From NCBI GenBank assembly GCA_019749945.1, contig JAIEPF010000016.1, positions 13,596-77,595 of the forward strand: DNA of 64,000 bases, given 5' to 3'. The position numbers were made by a program, and so were the translations under genes. Of this stretch, positions 36,920 to 46,739 are shown in pieces. The notes under the pieces are model-generated. The model made no database searches and was not told where the DNA came from. It was given only the letters and a program-made list of their open reading frames with translations. The stretch is from Burkholderiales bacterium (GTDB lineage: Bacteria > Pseudomonadota > Gammaproteobacteria > Burkholderiales > SG8-41). Position 1 is the stretch's first letter; the number at the start of each line of letters is the position of its first letter.

Positions 36920-37453
36920 ATGAAAATCAATAAATCCATGTCGATCAGCCGGGTCATGGCACTGGTCATCGCAGGAACCCTGGTTACAACGCCGGTGTTC
37001 GCCGAAAAGCCGGACTTCGCGGGCAAAGGAAAGTCCCAGGGTGAACGCGATAACCGCGGCGGCAAGCATCGTGACCGCGATGATCGCAAGAGCCAGGGTG
37101 GCAAGCACGATGATCGTGATGACCGTGCGCAGGGCGGCCGCAGTCATTTTGGCGATCGCCAGCATGTGATCGTCCGCGAGTACTACGAGCAGGAATATCG
37201 CGGCGGCCACTGCCCGCCGGGACTGGCCAAAAAGAACAATGGCTGCATGCCGCCGGGACAGGCGAAAAAATGGCATAAGGGCCGGCCTTTGCCGCGTGAT
37301 GTCGTGTACTACGATGTGCCGCCGCAACTGGTGGTGCGCCTGGGCGCTCCGCCCGCCGGGCACAAGTATGTGCGCGTCGCTTCCGACATCCTGCTGATTG
37401 CCGTCGGCACATCGATGGTGGTGGACGCGATCAGCGACCTCGGCCGGATGTAA
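36920..37453 (+). CDS. Secreted RcnB/CigR-like protein
   Basis: Signal peptide and a charged G/K/D/R-rich region. C-terminal segments PPGLAKK...PPGQAKKW...LP are typical of this family. Confidence 0.55.
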   Translation: MKINKSMSISRVMALVIAGTLVTTPVFAEKPDFAGKGKSQGERDNRGGKHRDRDDRKSQGGKHDDRDDRAQGGRSHFGDRQHVIVREYYEQEYRGGHCPPGLAKKNNGCMPPGQAKKWHKGRPLPRDVVYYDVPPQLVVRLGAPPAGHKYVRVASDILLIAVGTSMVVDAISDLGRM

Positions 37454-37473
37454 GCCGCACCGGCTCCACCCAG

Positions 37474-37504
37474 ACGCGGGCCGCATTGCGGCCCGCGTTT
37501 TATT
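37474..37504 (+). terminator. Rho-independent terminator
   Basis: 11-bp GC-rich stem ACGCGGGCCGC/GCGGCCCGCGT with a 3-nt loop, then TTTTATT. Confidence 0.65.
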
Positions 37505-37566
37505 GTGTCCCGTGAATTCGCTGCCCCCCGATGTAATAATTGCCCAATCTTCACGGAGTAATCGCC

Positions 37567-38427
37567 ATGACCATGCGCAAGCTGCATCAAATAATCCCGG
37601 CAATGCCGACCTCGGATGGCGCCGGCGTGAAATTGCGCCGCAGCCTCGGCCAGTCGCAGCAGGCGCGGCTTGATCCCTTCCTGATGCTCGACGAATTTTC
37701 TTCGGAAAACGCCGATGATTATCTCGCCGGATTTCCGAACCACCCGCACCGCGGTTTCGAGACAGTGACTTACATGCTCGACGGCCACATGCTGCATGAA
37801 GATCATCTCGGGAATCGCGGTGACCTCAAAAGCGGGGATGTGCAGTGGATGACCGCGGGTCGCGGCATCATCCATTCCGAAATGCCGCAGCAGCTGCAGG
37901 GGCGGATGCGGGGCTTCCAGCTGTGGATCAACCTGCCGGCGAAGGAAAAGATGAAACCCGCCGGTTACCGCGATATCCCAGCAGCCTCGATACCGGTGGT
38001 TGCGCTGCCGGGCGGGGGCAGTGTGAAAGTGATTGCCGGAACCCTGATCGTGGACGGACGGCGTACGCCGGGACCGATGCAGGGGCTCAGCACCGAGCCG
38101 CTGTATTTCGATGTGTCATTACAGCCGGACGAGATATTTGCGCAGGCGCTGCCCGCCGGGCATAACGCGTTTCTTTATGTCTACGAGGGTGACGTCACTG
38201 TCGGCGGCGCAGGGGATGCGCGCAAGCTGCCGCGGCACAGCGCCGGCGTGCTGTCCGAGGGTGATGTCGTAACCATCACGGCTGCGGATGCCGCGACGCG
38301 GTTCATTCTGCTGGCCGGCAAACCCTTGCGCGAACCGGTGGTGCAGTACGGGCCGTTCGTGATGAATACGCGGGAGGAAATCGAGCAGGCGATCAGTGAC
38401 TATCAGACAGGGCGCCTCACGGCATGA
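37567..38427 (+). CDS. Pirin family protein
   Basis: HPHRGFETVTYML motif and bicupin length. Confidence 0.85.
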   Translation: MTMRKLHQIIPAMPTSDGAGVKLRRSLGQSQQARLDPFLMLDEFSSENADDYLAGFPNHPHRGFETVTYMLDGHMLHEDHLGNRGDLKSGDVQWMTAGRGIIHSEMPQQLQGRMRGFQLWINLPAKEKMKPAGYRDIPAASIPVVALPGGGSVKVIAGTLIVDGRRTPGPMQGLSTEPLYFDVSLQPDEIFAQALPAGHNAFLYVYEGDVTVGGAGDARKLPRHSAGVLSEGDVVTITAADAATRFILLAGKPLREPVVQYGPFVMNTREEIEQAISDYQTGRLTA

Positions 38428-38472
38428 TGCCGGGGAAACCCGCCGGCCGCCGGCCGGCGGGTTGACGCTCAA

Positions 38473-39459
38473 TTACTGAGGTTGAATGCCGGCCAGTTGC
38501 ATGGCTTTCTTGTAACGGGCAATTTCCTTCGGCAGCAGATCCGGCAACTGTGCCAGCGGCAGCGGCCAGGCTTCGGCGCCCTGGGTATCGAGGAATTTCT
38601 TCATGTCCGCACTGGCGATGATCTTGTTGATCGCCGCGTTGATGAAGTTCAGGCGCTCTGCTGACATTCCTGCCGGCGCGAAAGTGCCCCACCACAGCTG
38701 GTATTCGTAGCCCGGTACGCCCTGTGAGGCAATGGTCGGCAGATCAGGGAGCAGGGGAGACTTTTCCAGACTGGTGACGCCGAGGATGCGAATCCGTCCT
38801 GAATCGCGTTGCGGCAACAGCGCCGACGAACTGGCGATTACGATCTCGACTTCGCCGGAGGCAATCGCGGTCACGGCCAGTGAAATGCCCTTGTACGGCA
38901 CATGCTCCATTTTGATACCGGCAGCTGAAGCGAAAAGTGCGCCGGAGAAATGATTGTTGCCGCCGGTGCCCGATGAGCCATAGTTGAACTTACCCGGGTT
39001 TTTCTTGGCGAGGGCGATCAGTTCCTTGATGTTCTTTGCCGGCACCGACGGATGCAGTGCAAACAGCATTGGCGCGCGAGCCGTCATGCCTACCGGGATG
39101 ATGGCTTTGGCGGGATCAAAAGGCAGCTTGGCACGCACGGCAGCAGTTGCCGGATAGGAAGAGGTATGGCCGAGCAGCGTATGGCCGTCGGGTTCTGCTT
39201 TGGTGACCATCTCAGTGCCGATCATGCCGCTGGCGCCGGGGCGGTTGTCGACGATGACATTGCGTCCCCAGGCTTCGCCCAGCCGCTGCGCGATGGCCCG
39301 GCTCATTGCGTCGGCGGAGCCGGCTGCCGTGTAGGGCACGATCATCACCAGGTTTTTTGACGGAAAAGTGGTTTGCGCCAGCGCAGCCGGTGCAGCCAGC
39401 AGCGATATGGCGGTGATTGCGGCAGTGCCGGCTGAGACGGCGAATGACGGTTTTTTCAT
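38473..39459 (-). CDS. Bug family substrate-binding protein
   Basis: Signal peptide, then TTFPSKNLVMIVPYTAAGSADA. Confidence 0.9.
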   Translation of the reverse strand: MKKPSFAVSAGTAAITAISLLAAPAALAQTTFPSKNLVMIVPYTAAGSADAMSRAIAQRLGEAWGRNVIVDNRPGASGMIGTEMVTKAEPDGHTLLGHTSSYPATAAVRAKLPFDPAKAIIPVGMTARAPMLFALHPSVPAKNIKELIALAKKNPGKFNYGSSGTGGNNHFSGALFASAAGIKMEHVPYKGISLAVTAIASGEVEIVIASSSALLPQRDSGRIRILGVTSLEKSPLLPDLPTIASQGVPGYEYQLWWGTFAPAGMSAERLNFINAAINKIIASADMKKFLDTQGAEAWPLPLAQLPDLLPKEIARYKKAMQLAGIQPQ

Positions 39460-39501
39460 GTGTGCCTCCGTTATTGGTTGGTGCGGTGTAAGTCCCGCAT
39501 T

Positions 39502-40332
39502 TTAATCCCACGCCGGCGCACGGCCTGCCGGGTTGGCTATGCGGCCGTCAGGCCGCGCCAGTCCGTGAATGCGTTTCATCTCGTCCGCTGTCAGTGTGAA
39601 GTTGAACACGTCGAGGTTTTGCGCAATGCGCTGCGGATTTGAAGAGCGCGGGATGGGCGCAATGTTGCCTTGTTGCACGATCCAGCGCAACACGACCTGC
39701 GCGATGGTTTTTTCCTTGGTCTGGGCGATGTCAGCCAGCACGGGATCCTGGAACAGGCGACCACGGGCGAGCGGACAGTAGGCGGTGAAAATCATGCCGT
39801 GCTTTCTGCAGTATTCGAGCACTTTGCTCTGGTCGAGGTATGGGTGGTATTCGCCCTGCAGCGTGGCCAGGGGTTCCGGACAGGCGTGCCGCGCTTCTTC
39901 GAGCAGCGCGATATTGAAGTTGGCGACACCGATATGGCGCGTGAGTCCCTGCCGCTTCGCTTTGGCCAGGGCACCCATGGTTTCAGCCATCGGAATTTTG
40001 TCGACGGTCGGCCAGTGCACGTGCAGCATGTCGACATAATCCACCTGCAGGTTTTGCAGGCTTTCCTCCACTGATCTCGCAAAATCGTCGGCGCGCAGGT
40101 ATTCGTGGGACACCTTGGTGACCAGGAAAATTTCGCTGCGCGGTACACCGGAGGCGCGGATGCCGGCGCCGACACCTTTTTCGGAGCCGTATTTCCACGC
40201 CGTATCAATGTGGCGGTAACCGAGCCCCAGCGCGGTCGCGACCAGATCGGCGCAATCACCGAGTTGTGAGGTGCCGAAGCCGATCTGCGGCATGGTGCAG
40301 CCGTGGGCGCTGAGTGAGGGAATGGCGGGCAT
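39502..40332 (-). CDS. Aldo/keto reductase (2,5-diketo-D-gluconate reductase-like)
   Basis: 276 aa with [14 protein letters not shown] and other AKR motifs. Confidence 0.85.
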   Translation of the reverse strand: MPAIPSLSAHGCTMPQIGFGTSQLGDCADLVATALGLGYRHIDTAWKYGSEKGVGAGIRASGVPRSEIFLVTKVSHEYLRADDFARSVEESLQNLQVDYVDMLHVHWPTVDKIPMAETMGALAKAKRQGLTRHIGVANFNIALLEEARHACPEPLATLQGEYHPYLDQSKVLEYCRKHGMIFTAYCPLARGRLFQDPVLADIAQTKEKTIAQVVLRWIVQQGNIAPIPRSSNPQRIAQNLDVFNFTLTADEMKRIHGLARPDGRIANPAGRAPAWD

Positions 40333-40521
40333 GGTGATCAGAACTCCTCCTGGCCAAATGGGATTGGTGGTATGCGGTCTGCGCCGCCGGTGTGGCGGAA
40401 TCCTACACTGGCCGGTGACGTGTTGCGCGGCCAGGCACGTGATATGGTCGTCTGCCGGCGGGTACGCTTAAAATACTCACCTTGGTTCATTCATTGGGTT
40501 CAACCACACCGGATACCGCAA

Positions 40522-40941
40522 ATGGCACAACCGTCTTTCCATCTCGCTTTTCCCGTCGATGATCTGGCCCGCGCCCGCGCGTTTTATGGCGGATTGCTGG
40601 GTTGCCCGGAGGGGCGTTCTTCCCCGGAATGGGTTGATTTCAATTTTTACGGTCACCAGATCGTCGCGCATCTGGCACCGGATGAGGTCGGTCATCGCAG
40701 CACCAGTGCTGTGGACGGCGACAATGTGCCGGTGCGCCATTTTGGTGCCATCCTGGCGATGGCCGAATGGCAGGCGCTGGCCGACAAACTGGTCAAGGCC
40801 GGGACCAAGTTCGTCATCGAACCGCACATCCGCTTCAAGGGGCAGGTCGGGGAGCAGGCAACGATGTTTTTTCTGGATCCCTGCGGTAATGCCCTGGAGT
40901 TCAAGTCGTTCCAGGACATGTCGCAGGTCTTTGCCAAATAG
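40522..40941 (+). CDS. VOC (glyoxalase/bleomycin-resistance/dioxygenase) family protein
   Basis: 139 aa from ATG 40522, beginning [22 protein letters not shown]. Confidence 0.75.
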   Translation: MAQPSFHLAFPVDDLARARAFYGGLLGCPEGRSSPEWVDFNFYGHQIVAHLAPDEVGHRSTSAVDGDNVPVRHFGAILAMAEWQALADKLVKAGTKFVIEPHIRFKGQVGEQATMFFLDPCGNALEFKSFQDMSQVFAK

Positions 40942-41047
40942 GTCCGCTGCGGCGCAAGGTTGACCGTCGCGGGGAATGTTCCTAAACTCGATAGACCACA
41001 ATCTGAAAAAACCGTGGGTTAAAAATCAACCTGTTGGAGGAAAAGAC

Positions 41048-42010
41048 ATGCATCAACTATTCAAGGCTTTGGCACTGGCGGCATGTGCGCTGATTACACT
41101 GCCGGCGACCGCAGCTGAAACCGTCAACCTGTCCATCGCCACCGGTGGCACCGGCGGCGTGTATTACCCGCTGGGCGGCGGCATGGCGAACGTGTTTTCG
41201 AAAAACATTCCCGGCATGACCGCGACCGCGGAGGTGACCGGCGGTTCGGTCGATAACATGCGCCTGATCGGCACCGGCAAGCCCTATATCGCCCTGTCCC
41301 AGGCCGATGCGGTAATCGATGCATACAACGGTGAAGGCAAGTTCAAGGGCACCAAGATTCCGGTGCGCGCGATGATGATGCTCTACACCAACATCATGCA
41401 TGCGGTGACGATCGAGGGCACGGGGATCAACACCATCAATGATCTCAAGGGCAAACGTGTGTCCACCGGTTCGCCGGGCAGCGCAACGGAAGTGTTCGCA
41501 TTCCGCGTGCTTGAGGCGGCGGGACTGGATCCGCAAAAGGACATGAAGATCGAGCGCCTGGGCGCGGCCGAGTCGGCCAATGCGATGAAGGACAAGAAAA
41601 TCGACGCGTTTTTCTTCGTGGTCGGCCTGCCGACCTCGGCCGTGACCGATCTTGCGGCCACACCCGGGGTAAAGATCAAATTCCTTGATCATGCGAATCT
41701 GCTGCCGGCGATGACCAAGAAAAACGGCCCCCCGTACATCGCCGATGTCATTCCGAAATCGACTTATCCGGGCATGACCGCAGACAATCAGGCGACCGCC
41801 GTGGCCAATCTGCTGGTGACGAATGCCAACATGAGCGAACAGACGGTTTACAACATCGTCAAGACCATTTTCGAAAAGCGGTCCGATCTGATCGCGGTAC
41901 ATAAAATCGCCGCCGATATCACGATGGAGCGACAAAAGCCTGAAGCGTCACCGGTGCCCTGGCATCCGGGCGCAGTGCGCTATTTCAAGGAAAAAGGGCT
42001 GAAGTTCTGA
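41048..42010 (+). CDS. TAXI-family TRAP transporter solute receptor
   Basis: Signal peptide, then the hallmark IATGGTGGVYYPLGGGMA. Confidence 0.85.
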   Translation: MHQLFKALALAACALITLPATAAETVNLSIATGGTGGVYYPLGGGMANVFSKNIPGMTATAEVTGGSVDNMRLIGTGKPYIALSQADAVIDAYNGEGKFKGTKIPVRAMMMLYTNIMHAVTIEGTGINTINDLKGKRVSTGSPGSATEVFAFRVLEAAGLDPQKDMKIERLGAAESANAMKDKKIDAFFFVVGLPTSAVTDLAATPGVKIKFLDHANLLPAMTKKNGPPYIADVIPKSTYPGMTADNQATAVANLLVTNANMSEQTVYNIVKTIFEKRSDLIAVHKIAADITMERQKPEASPVPWHPGAVRYFKEKGLKF

Positions 42011-42030
42011 TTGGGACAGCCCGCGTTCAG

Positions 42031-42060
42031 ACCCCGTCCGGTTACGGACGGGGTTTTTCG
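42031..42060 (+). terminator. Intrinsic terminator/attenuator between the TRAP receptor and permease genes
   Basis: 9-bp stem CCCCGTCCG/CGGACGGGG with loop GTTA, followed by TTTTT. Confidence 0.55.
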
Positions 42061-42149
42061 TTTCTGGACTTGCACGTATCGAAGCGTATTTCGCGCGCAT
42101 GTCCGGGACGGCATGACAAGACACAAAAAAACCTGGGCCGGAGAAAATA

Positions 42150-44264
42150 ATGGCTGAAAATTCCATTCCCGAATCATCCCGGGAGGAGCCCTTGCTCAGT
42201 GAGGAGGCGCGCAAGCGCGTCGAAGAACTGATCGAGGAAGAAGAGGGTACCCACAACCGTTATACCGGCGTACTCGCGGTCTTGCTGACGCTGGCCGCGG
42301 TGATCATGTCGCTGTTTCACCTTTATGCCGCGGTGGAGATCGTGCCGGCATTCAGGTTGCGGCCCATCCACGTCGCTTTTGCGCTGACACTGGTATTTCT
42401 GCTGTTCCCGATCGCGAAACGTTTCCGTCATCGCCTGATGTGGTGGGATGTCATCTTCGCCGCCGCATCGCTGGCAATCATCGGCTACATACTGTACTGG
42501 GGGGACTTGCTGGGCGACCGGGCAACGGTTCCGACAACGCTCGACCAGGTGGTTGGTGTCGCGTTGATTCTGCTGATCCTCGAGGCCAACCGGCGGAGCT
42601 CGACGTGGATACTGCCGTTCATAGTCTCGCTGTTCCTGGCTTATGCGCTGTTTGGCCCGTCTCTGCCGGCGCCGTGGACGCACAAGGGTTACGAAATTGC
42701 GCGGCTGACCGGGGCCTTGTACATGACGCTGGAGGGTATCTTTGGCGTTGCTGTTGATGTCTCTTCCACGCTGATCATCCTGTTCACCATTTTCGGCGCC
42801 TTTCTGCAGTATTCAGGCGCCGGCAAGTTTTTCCTCGACTTCTCGTTTGCCGCGATGGGCGGCAAGCCGTCGAGTGCGGGTCGCGCGGTGGTGATGTCCT
42901 CGTTCCTGCTCGGCGGTCCTTCGGGTTCCGGCGTGGCGACCACGGTGACCATCGGCGCCGTGGCCTACCCGCTGCTGGCCAAGGCGGGTTATGGCAAGGA
43001 GGCCGCCGGCGGATTGCTGGCGGCGGGGGGGCTGGGCGCGATCCTGTCGCCGCCGGTGCTGGGCGCGGCGGCCTTCCTGATCGCCGAGTTTCTCCGGATT
43101 TCCTATCTCGACGTGATCCTGATGGCCACCATCCCGACCATCATGTTTTATCTCGGCATTTTCATCATGGTCGAGATTGATGCGCGCAAATTCAACATGA
43201 AGGCGGTCGCTCTCGAAAAGCACCACCGTCCTCTGGAACTGGCCAAGCGCTACTGGTACCACTTTGTATCGCTGGTATCGATTGTGGTTTTCCTGCTCGC
43301 CGGTTATTCGCCGGTGCTGTCGGTGTTTTATGCCACGCTCGTGACCGCGCTGGTTTCGTTTTTTCAGAGGGATTCAGCGCTCATCCCCTACGACTGGTTC
43401 CGCGGCCGCATGCCCTGGATCAGGGGGTTCTGGGAGTCGGGGTTCATCAAGGCGCTGGAGGGCGGCTCGGTGGGCGTGCTCAACGTGGCGATGACCTGCG
43501 CATCGGCGGGCATCATCGTCGGCGTGGTGACATTGACCGGCCTGGGGCTGAAGTTCAGTTCCATCGTGCTGGACTACGCCGATTCCGGTTCGAAAGGGCT
43601 GGTCAGCCTGTGGGTGATGTTCGGCGCGGCCGCAACACCCGAACTGCTGCATGACATGAAGCTGCTGCTGACGGCGCTCTTCACTTCGCTGATTGTGTGG
43701 GTGGTCGGTCTGGCGGTGCCGGTGACCGCGTCGTACATCATCTGTGCGGTGATCACCGCGCCGGCGATGATCAAGCTCGGGGTTCCGGATTTTGCCGCGC
43801 ACATGTTCATTTTCTATTACGCGGTGTTGTCCGAGGTGTCGCCGCCCACCGCGCTGTCGCCGTTTGCGGCGGCGGCGATTACCGGCGGCGGCCCATACCG
43901 CACGACGCTGCAGAGCTGGAAATACTGCGCACCGGCGTTTCTGCTGCCCTTCATGTTTGTGCTTGACCCGTCGGGTACCGGCTTGCTGCTTGGCGGTTCC
44001 TTCAAGAATCTGGCCGCTGCCAACTGGGGTTCCATCGCGTTGGTGGCCGGTACTGCAGCGGTGGGCATTGCCGCGCTGGCCGGCGGCTTGCAGGGCTGGC
44101 TGCTCTGCAAGACCACCGCGCTTGAACGCTGGATGCTGATCATCGCCGGTCTTGCGCTGGTGTACCCGACGACGTTTGCCGATATCCTGGGGATCGTGCT
44201 GGTGGTGATCGTGGTGGCATTGCAGAAACTGCGGCCGCCGGCGCAAACGACCGTCACGACATGA
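42150..44264 (+). CDS. TRAP transporter fused permease (TAXI type)
   Basis: 704 aa, highly hydrophobic multi-pass protein, immediately downstream of the TAXI receptor. Confidence 0.85.
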   Translation: MAENSIPESSREEPLLSEEARKRVEELIEEEEGTHNRYTGVLAVLLTLAAVIMSLFHLYAAVEIVPAFRLRPIHVAFALTLVFLLFPIAKRFRHRLMWWDVIFAAASLAIIGYILYWGDLLGDRATVPTTLDQVVGVALILLILEANRRSSTWILPFIVSLFLAYALFGPSLPAPWTHKGYEIARLTGALYMTLEGIFGVAVDVSSTLIILFTIFGAFLQYSGAGKFFLDFSFAAMGGKPSSAGRAVVMSSFLLGGPSGSGVATTVTIGAVAYPLLAKAGYGKEAAGGLLAAGGLGAILSPPVLGAAAFLIAEFLRISYLDVILMATIPTIMFYLGIFIMVEIDARKFNMKAVALEKHHRPLELAKRYWYHFVSLVSIVVFLLAGYSPVLSVFYATLVTALVSFFQRDSALIPYDWFRGRMPWIRGFWESGFIKALEGGSVGVLNVAMTCASAGIIVGVVTLTGLGLKFSSIVLDYADSGSKGLVSLWVMFGAAATPELLHDMKLLLTALFTSLIVWVVGLAVPVTASYIICAVITAPAMIKLGVPDFAAHMFIFYYAVLSEVSPPTALSPFAAAAITGGGPYRTTLQSWKYCAPAFLLPFMFVLDPSGTGLLLGGSFKNLAAANWGSIALVAGTAAVGIAALAGGLQGWLLCKTTALERWMLIIAGLALVYPTTFADILGIVLVVIVVALQKLRPPAQTTVTT

Positions 44265-44764
44265 CCGGCCGGGGACCGCTGGCGGGGCGGACGGAAACCC
44301 GCTACGCCGCACCGTTTGCCGTGCTGGGCATCGTCACTGATGGAAAAGTGATCACCAGCGTACGTTATCTGCCGCACAGCACGCCGCCGGCCATGCCGCA
44401 GGATCGCGTGGCGGAGCGCGCCTGCCGTGAAATCGAACGTTATCTGGCTGATCCCGAGTACCTTTTCACGGTACCCTATCGTTTGGATGGCACTCCGTTC
44501 CAGTGCCGGGTGTGGCGCGAAATAGAAAAACTTTGTCCAATAAAAACAATTACTTATGGTGGAATGGCGCAGCGCCTGCGCAGCGGCCCGCGCGCCGTGG
44601 GCGGCGCCTGCGGCGCCAATCCGGTGCCGCTGATCGTGCCCTGTCATCGCGTGCTCGCGGCCGGTGGCGCGCTGGGCGGCTTCATGGGCGGCAAGGATCC
44701 GTTTCCCTTGAGCGTCAAACGCTGGCTGCTGCGGCATGAAGGAATCCTCAAAGCAGATCATTGA
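44261..44764 (+). CDS. ogt: Methylated-DNA--protein-cysteine methyltransferase
   Basis: Active-site PCHRV motif, with TYGGMA upstream. The start overlaps the permease stop (ATGA). Confidence 0.8.
   Translation: MTGRGPLAGRTETRYAAPFAVLGIVTDGKVITSVRYLPHSTPPAMPQDRVAERACREIERYLADPEYLFTVPYRLDGTPFQCRVWREIEKLCPIKTITYGGMAQRLRSGPRAVGGACGANPVPLIVPCHRVLAAGGALGGFMGGKDPFPLSVKRWLLRHEGILKADH
44536..44556 (+). repeat. AT-rich motif variant TCCAATAAAAACAATTACTTA inside the ogt-like CDS
   Basis: 17 of 21 positions identical to the 7824 copy. It encodes PIKTITY, part of the conserved methyltransferase segment. Confidence 0.4.
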
Positions 44765-45635
44765 CGCGTTCTGCGATGCGTTGTGGCTGGAGGACGGTCT
44801 GGCGCGCAACACCCTCGACAGTTATCGCCGCGATCTGCAGCAGTTCGCCGGCTGGCTGGAAAAACGCGGCGGCAGCGATCTGCTGGCGGCCGACCAGGCC
44901 TTGATCCAGGATTATCTGGCGCACAAGTTCCGCAGCAAGGCGCGCGCGTCTACCGCGGCACGGCTGTTGTCGACCTTGAAGCGGTTTTATCGTCATGGCC
45001 TGCGCCAGAACATGATCAGGTCGGATCCCACGCTGCGCATCGACACGCCGAAGCTGCCGCGGCCGCTGCCGAAAACGCTGACCGAAGCCGATGTCGAAGG
45101 CCTGCTCGCGGCGCCGGCGCTGGATCAGCCGCTGGGCCTGCGCGACCGGGCGATGCTGGAAGTGCTTTATGCCAGCGGCCTCAGGGTGTCCGAACTGGTG
45201 ACGCTGAAAGTGCCCCAGGTCAGCCGCGACATGGGTGTGGTGCGCGTGATGGGCAAGGGCTCCAAGGAACGGCTGGTGCCGCTCGGCGAAGAGGCGCTGT
45301 CGTGGCTCGAGCGGTATCTGAAGGAAGCGAGACCGGTACTGCTTGGCGGCAAAACCAGCGATGCGCTGTTCGTCACCACCCGCGCGGCGGTGATGACGCG
45401 CCAGGCCTTCTGGCATTTGCTCAAACGTTATGCGCTGCAGGCGGGGCTCAACAAGCCGATTTCGCCGCACACGCTGCGCCACGCCTTTGCCACGCACCTG
45501 CTGAATCACGGCGCCGACCTGCGCGTGGTGCAGTTGTTGCTCGGCCACGCGGACATTTCAACGACGCAGATTTATACCCACGTTGCGCAGGAACGGATGA
45601 AGCAGTTGCATGCCAAGCACCATCCGCGGGGATGA
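44736..45635 (+). CDS. xerD: Site-specific tyrosine recombinase XerD
   Basis: 299 aa. XerD-like N-terminus (FCDALWLEDGLARNTLDSYRRDL) and C-terminal catalytic segment HTLRHAFATHLL...LLGH...TQIYTHV. Confidence 0.9.
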   Translation: MKESSKQIIDAFCDALWLEDGLARNTLDSYRRDLQQFAGWLEKRGGSDLLAADQALIQDYLAHKFRSKARASTAARLLSTLKRFYRHGLRQNMIRSDPTLRIDTPKLPRPLPKTLTEADVEGLLAAPALDQPLGLRDRAMLEVLYASGLRVSELVTLKVPQVSRDMGVVRVMGKGSKERLVPLGEEALSWLERYLKEARPVLLGGKTSDALFVTTRAAVMTRQAFWHLLKRYALQAGLNKPISPHTLRHAFATHLLNHGADLRVVQLLLGHADISTTQIYTHVAQERMKQLHAKHHPRG

Positions 45636-45705
45636 TGACCCATTGATGAGCTATGAGTGACGAGTGAGGAGTGAGGAGCGAAAACCGGATGTAACGTCTG
45701 GCGGA

Positions 45706-46062
45706 TCAGTTCTTTGTTCCGCGCTCGATGTGGATGCCGAGTTTTTTGACGCCGGCCAAAGGGGCGAGTTTGGCAATGCTGATGCGCAGCCACGGCGCCT
45801 TGAAATCCCGGATCACCATGTTGGCGATGGATTCCGCCGCATGTTCCAGCAGTGAAAAATGCTGTTCCGCAAAAAGTTTTTTGATGGCGGCAACGACTTT
45901 CGCATAATCGATGGTGTCTTCAATGCGGTCGCTGTCGGCGGCATGTTTGCCGCGCAGGCCGATTTCGAGATCAAGCTGCACGGTCTGCTTTGCCTGCTGC
46001 TCCCACGGGTAAATGCCGATGCGTGTTTCGATGCGCAGTTCGCTGATGAATATGGTGTCCAT
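45706..46062 (-). CDS. folB: Dihydroneopterin aldolase
   Basis: 118 aa; the segments IFISELRIETRIGIYPWEQ and DYAKV are typical of FolB. Confidence 0.85.
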   Translation of the reverse strand: MDTIFISELRIETRIGIYPWEQQAKQTVQLDLEIGLRGKHAADSDRIEDTIDYAKVVAAIKKLFAEQHFSLLEHAAESIANMVIRDFKAPWLRISIAKLAPLAGVKKLGIHIERGTKN

Positions 46063-46133
46063 GTGCGGCAGGTGTGCCTGAAACGGCGGTTCCGGTTGGG
46101 CTAAAATGGCCGCGCCATTCTAGGGGAAATCAT

Positions 46134-46739
46134 TTGGCGTTACTAATCGTGGTGATTACGGCCTATCTGCTCGGCTCGGTTTCGTTTGCGGTGGTCGTCA
46201 GCCGCGCGTTCCGGCTGCCGGATCCGCGGGCATACGGATCGGGCAATCCGGGTGCGACCAATGTGCTGCGCAGCGGGCGCAAGTCGGCGGCGGTGCTGAC
46301 CTTGCTCGGCGATTGCGTCAAGGGCTGGCTTGCGGTGTTTGCCGCCGGGCAGTGGGTTGTCGACGGCACTGCAATGGCGATGGCGCTTGCGGCGGTGGCG
46401 GTCATTCTCGGCCATCTGTATCCGGTGTTCCATGATTTCAAGGGCGGCAAGGGTGTCGCGACGGCGCTGGGCGCCCTGCTTGCGCTGAGTCCCTATCTGG
46501 GACTGGGCGTGCTGCTCACCTGGATCATCATTGCGGTGTTTTTCCGCTACTCTTCGCTCGCGGCATTGATTTCCGCGCTGTTTGCGGTGTTTTTCACCTT
46601 GATCCTGTTCAACCCCGCGCATCCGTTTTTGTTTGCGGTGATCGTGATCGCAGCGCTGCTGATCTGGCGCCATCGCTCGAACATCCGTAACTTGCTGGAT
46701 GGCAAAGAAGGCAAAATCGGCGCGAAAGCCGACAGTTAA
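46134..46739 (+). CDS. plsY: Glycerol-3-phosphate acyltransferase PlsY
   Basis: [14 protein letters not shown]...[12 protein letters not shown] motif. TTG start after AGGGGAAA; the ORF track's ATG at 46074 is probably too early. Confidence 0.85.
   Translation: MALLIVVITAYLLGSVSFAVVVSRAFRLPDPRAYGSGNPGATNVLRSGRKSAAVLTLLGDCVKGWLAVFAAGQWVVDGTAMAMALAAVAVILGHLYPVFHDFKGGKGVATALGALLALSPYLGLGVLLTWIIIAVFFRYSSLAALISALFAVFFTLILFNPAHPFLFAVIVIAALLIWRHRSNIRNLLDGKEGKIGAKADS

Noticed and set aside
44736-45635. Tyrosine recombinase as evidence of a mobile element
   Set aside because: The sequence and its conserved housekeeping context (ogt-like, folB, plsY, tsaD) identify it as chromosomal XerD, not a phage or island integrase.
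45640-45700. Reiterated GAGTGA/GAGGAG units between xerD and folB
   Set aside because: It is a short, irregular purine-rich repeat in a convergent intergenic gap, with no spacer-repeat architecture. It is not CRISPR-like.
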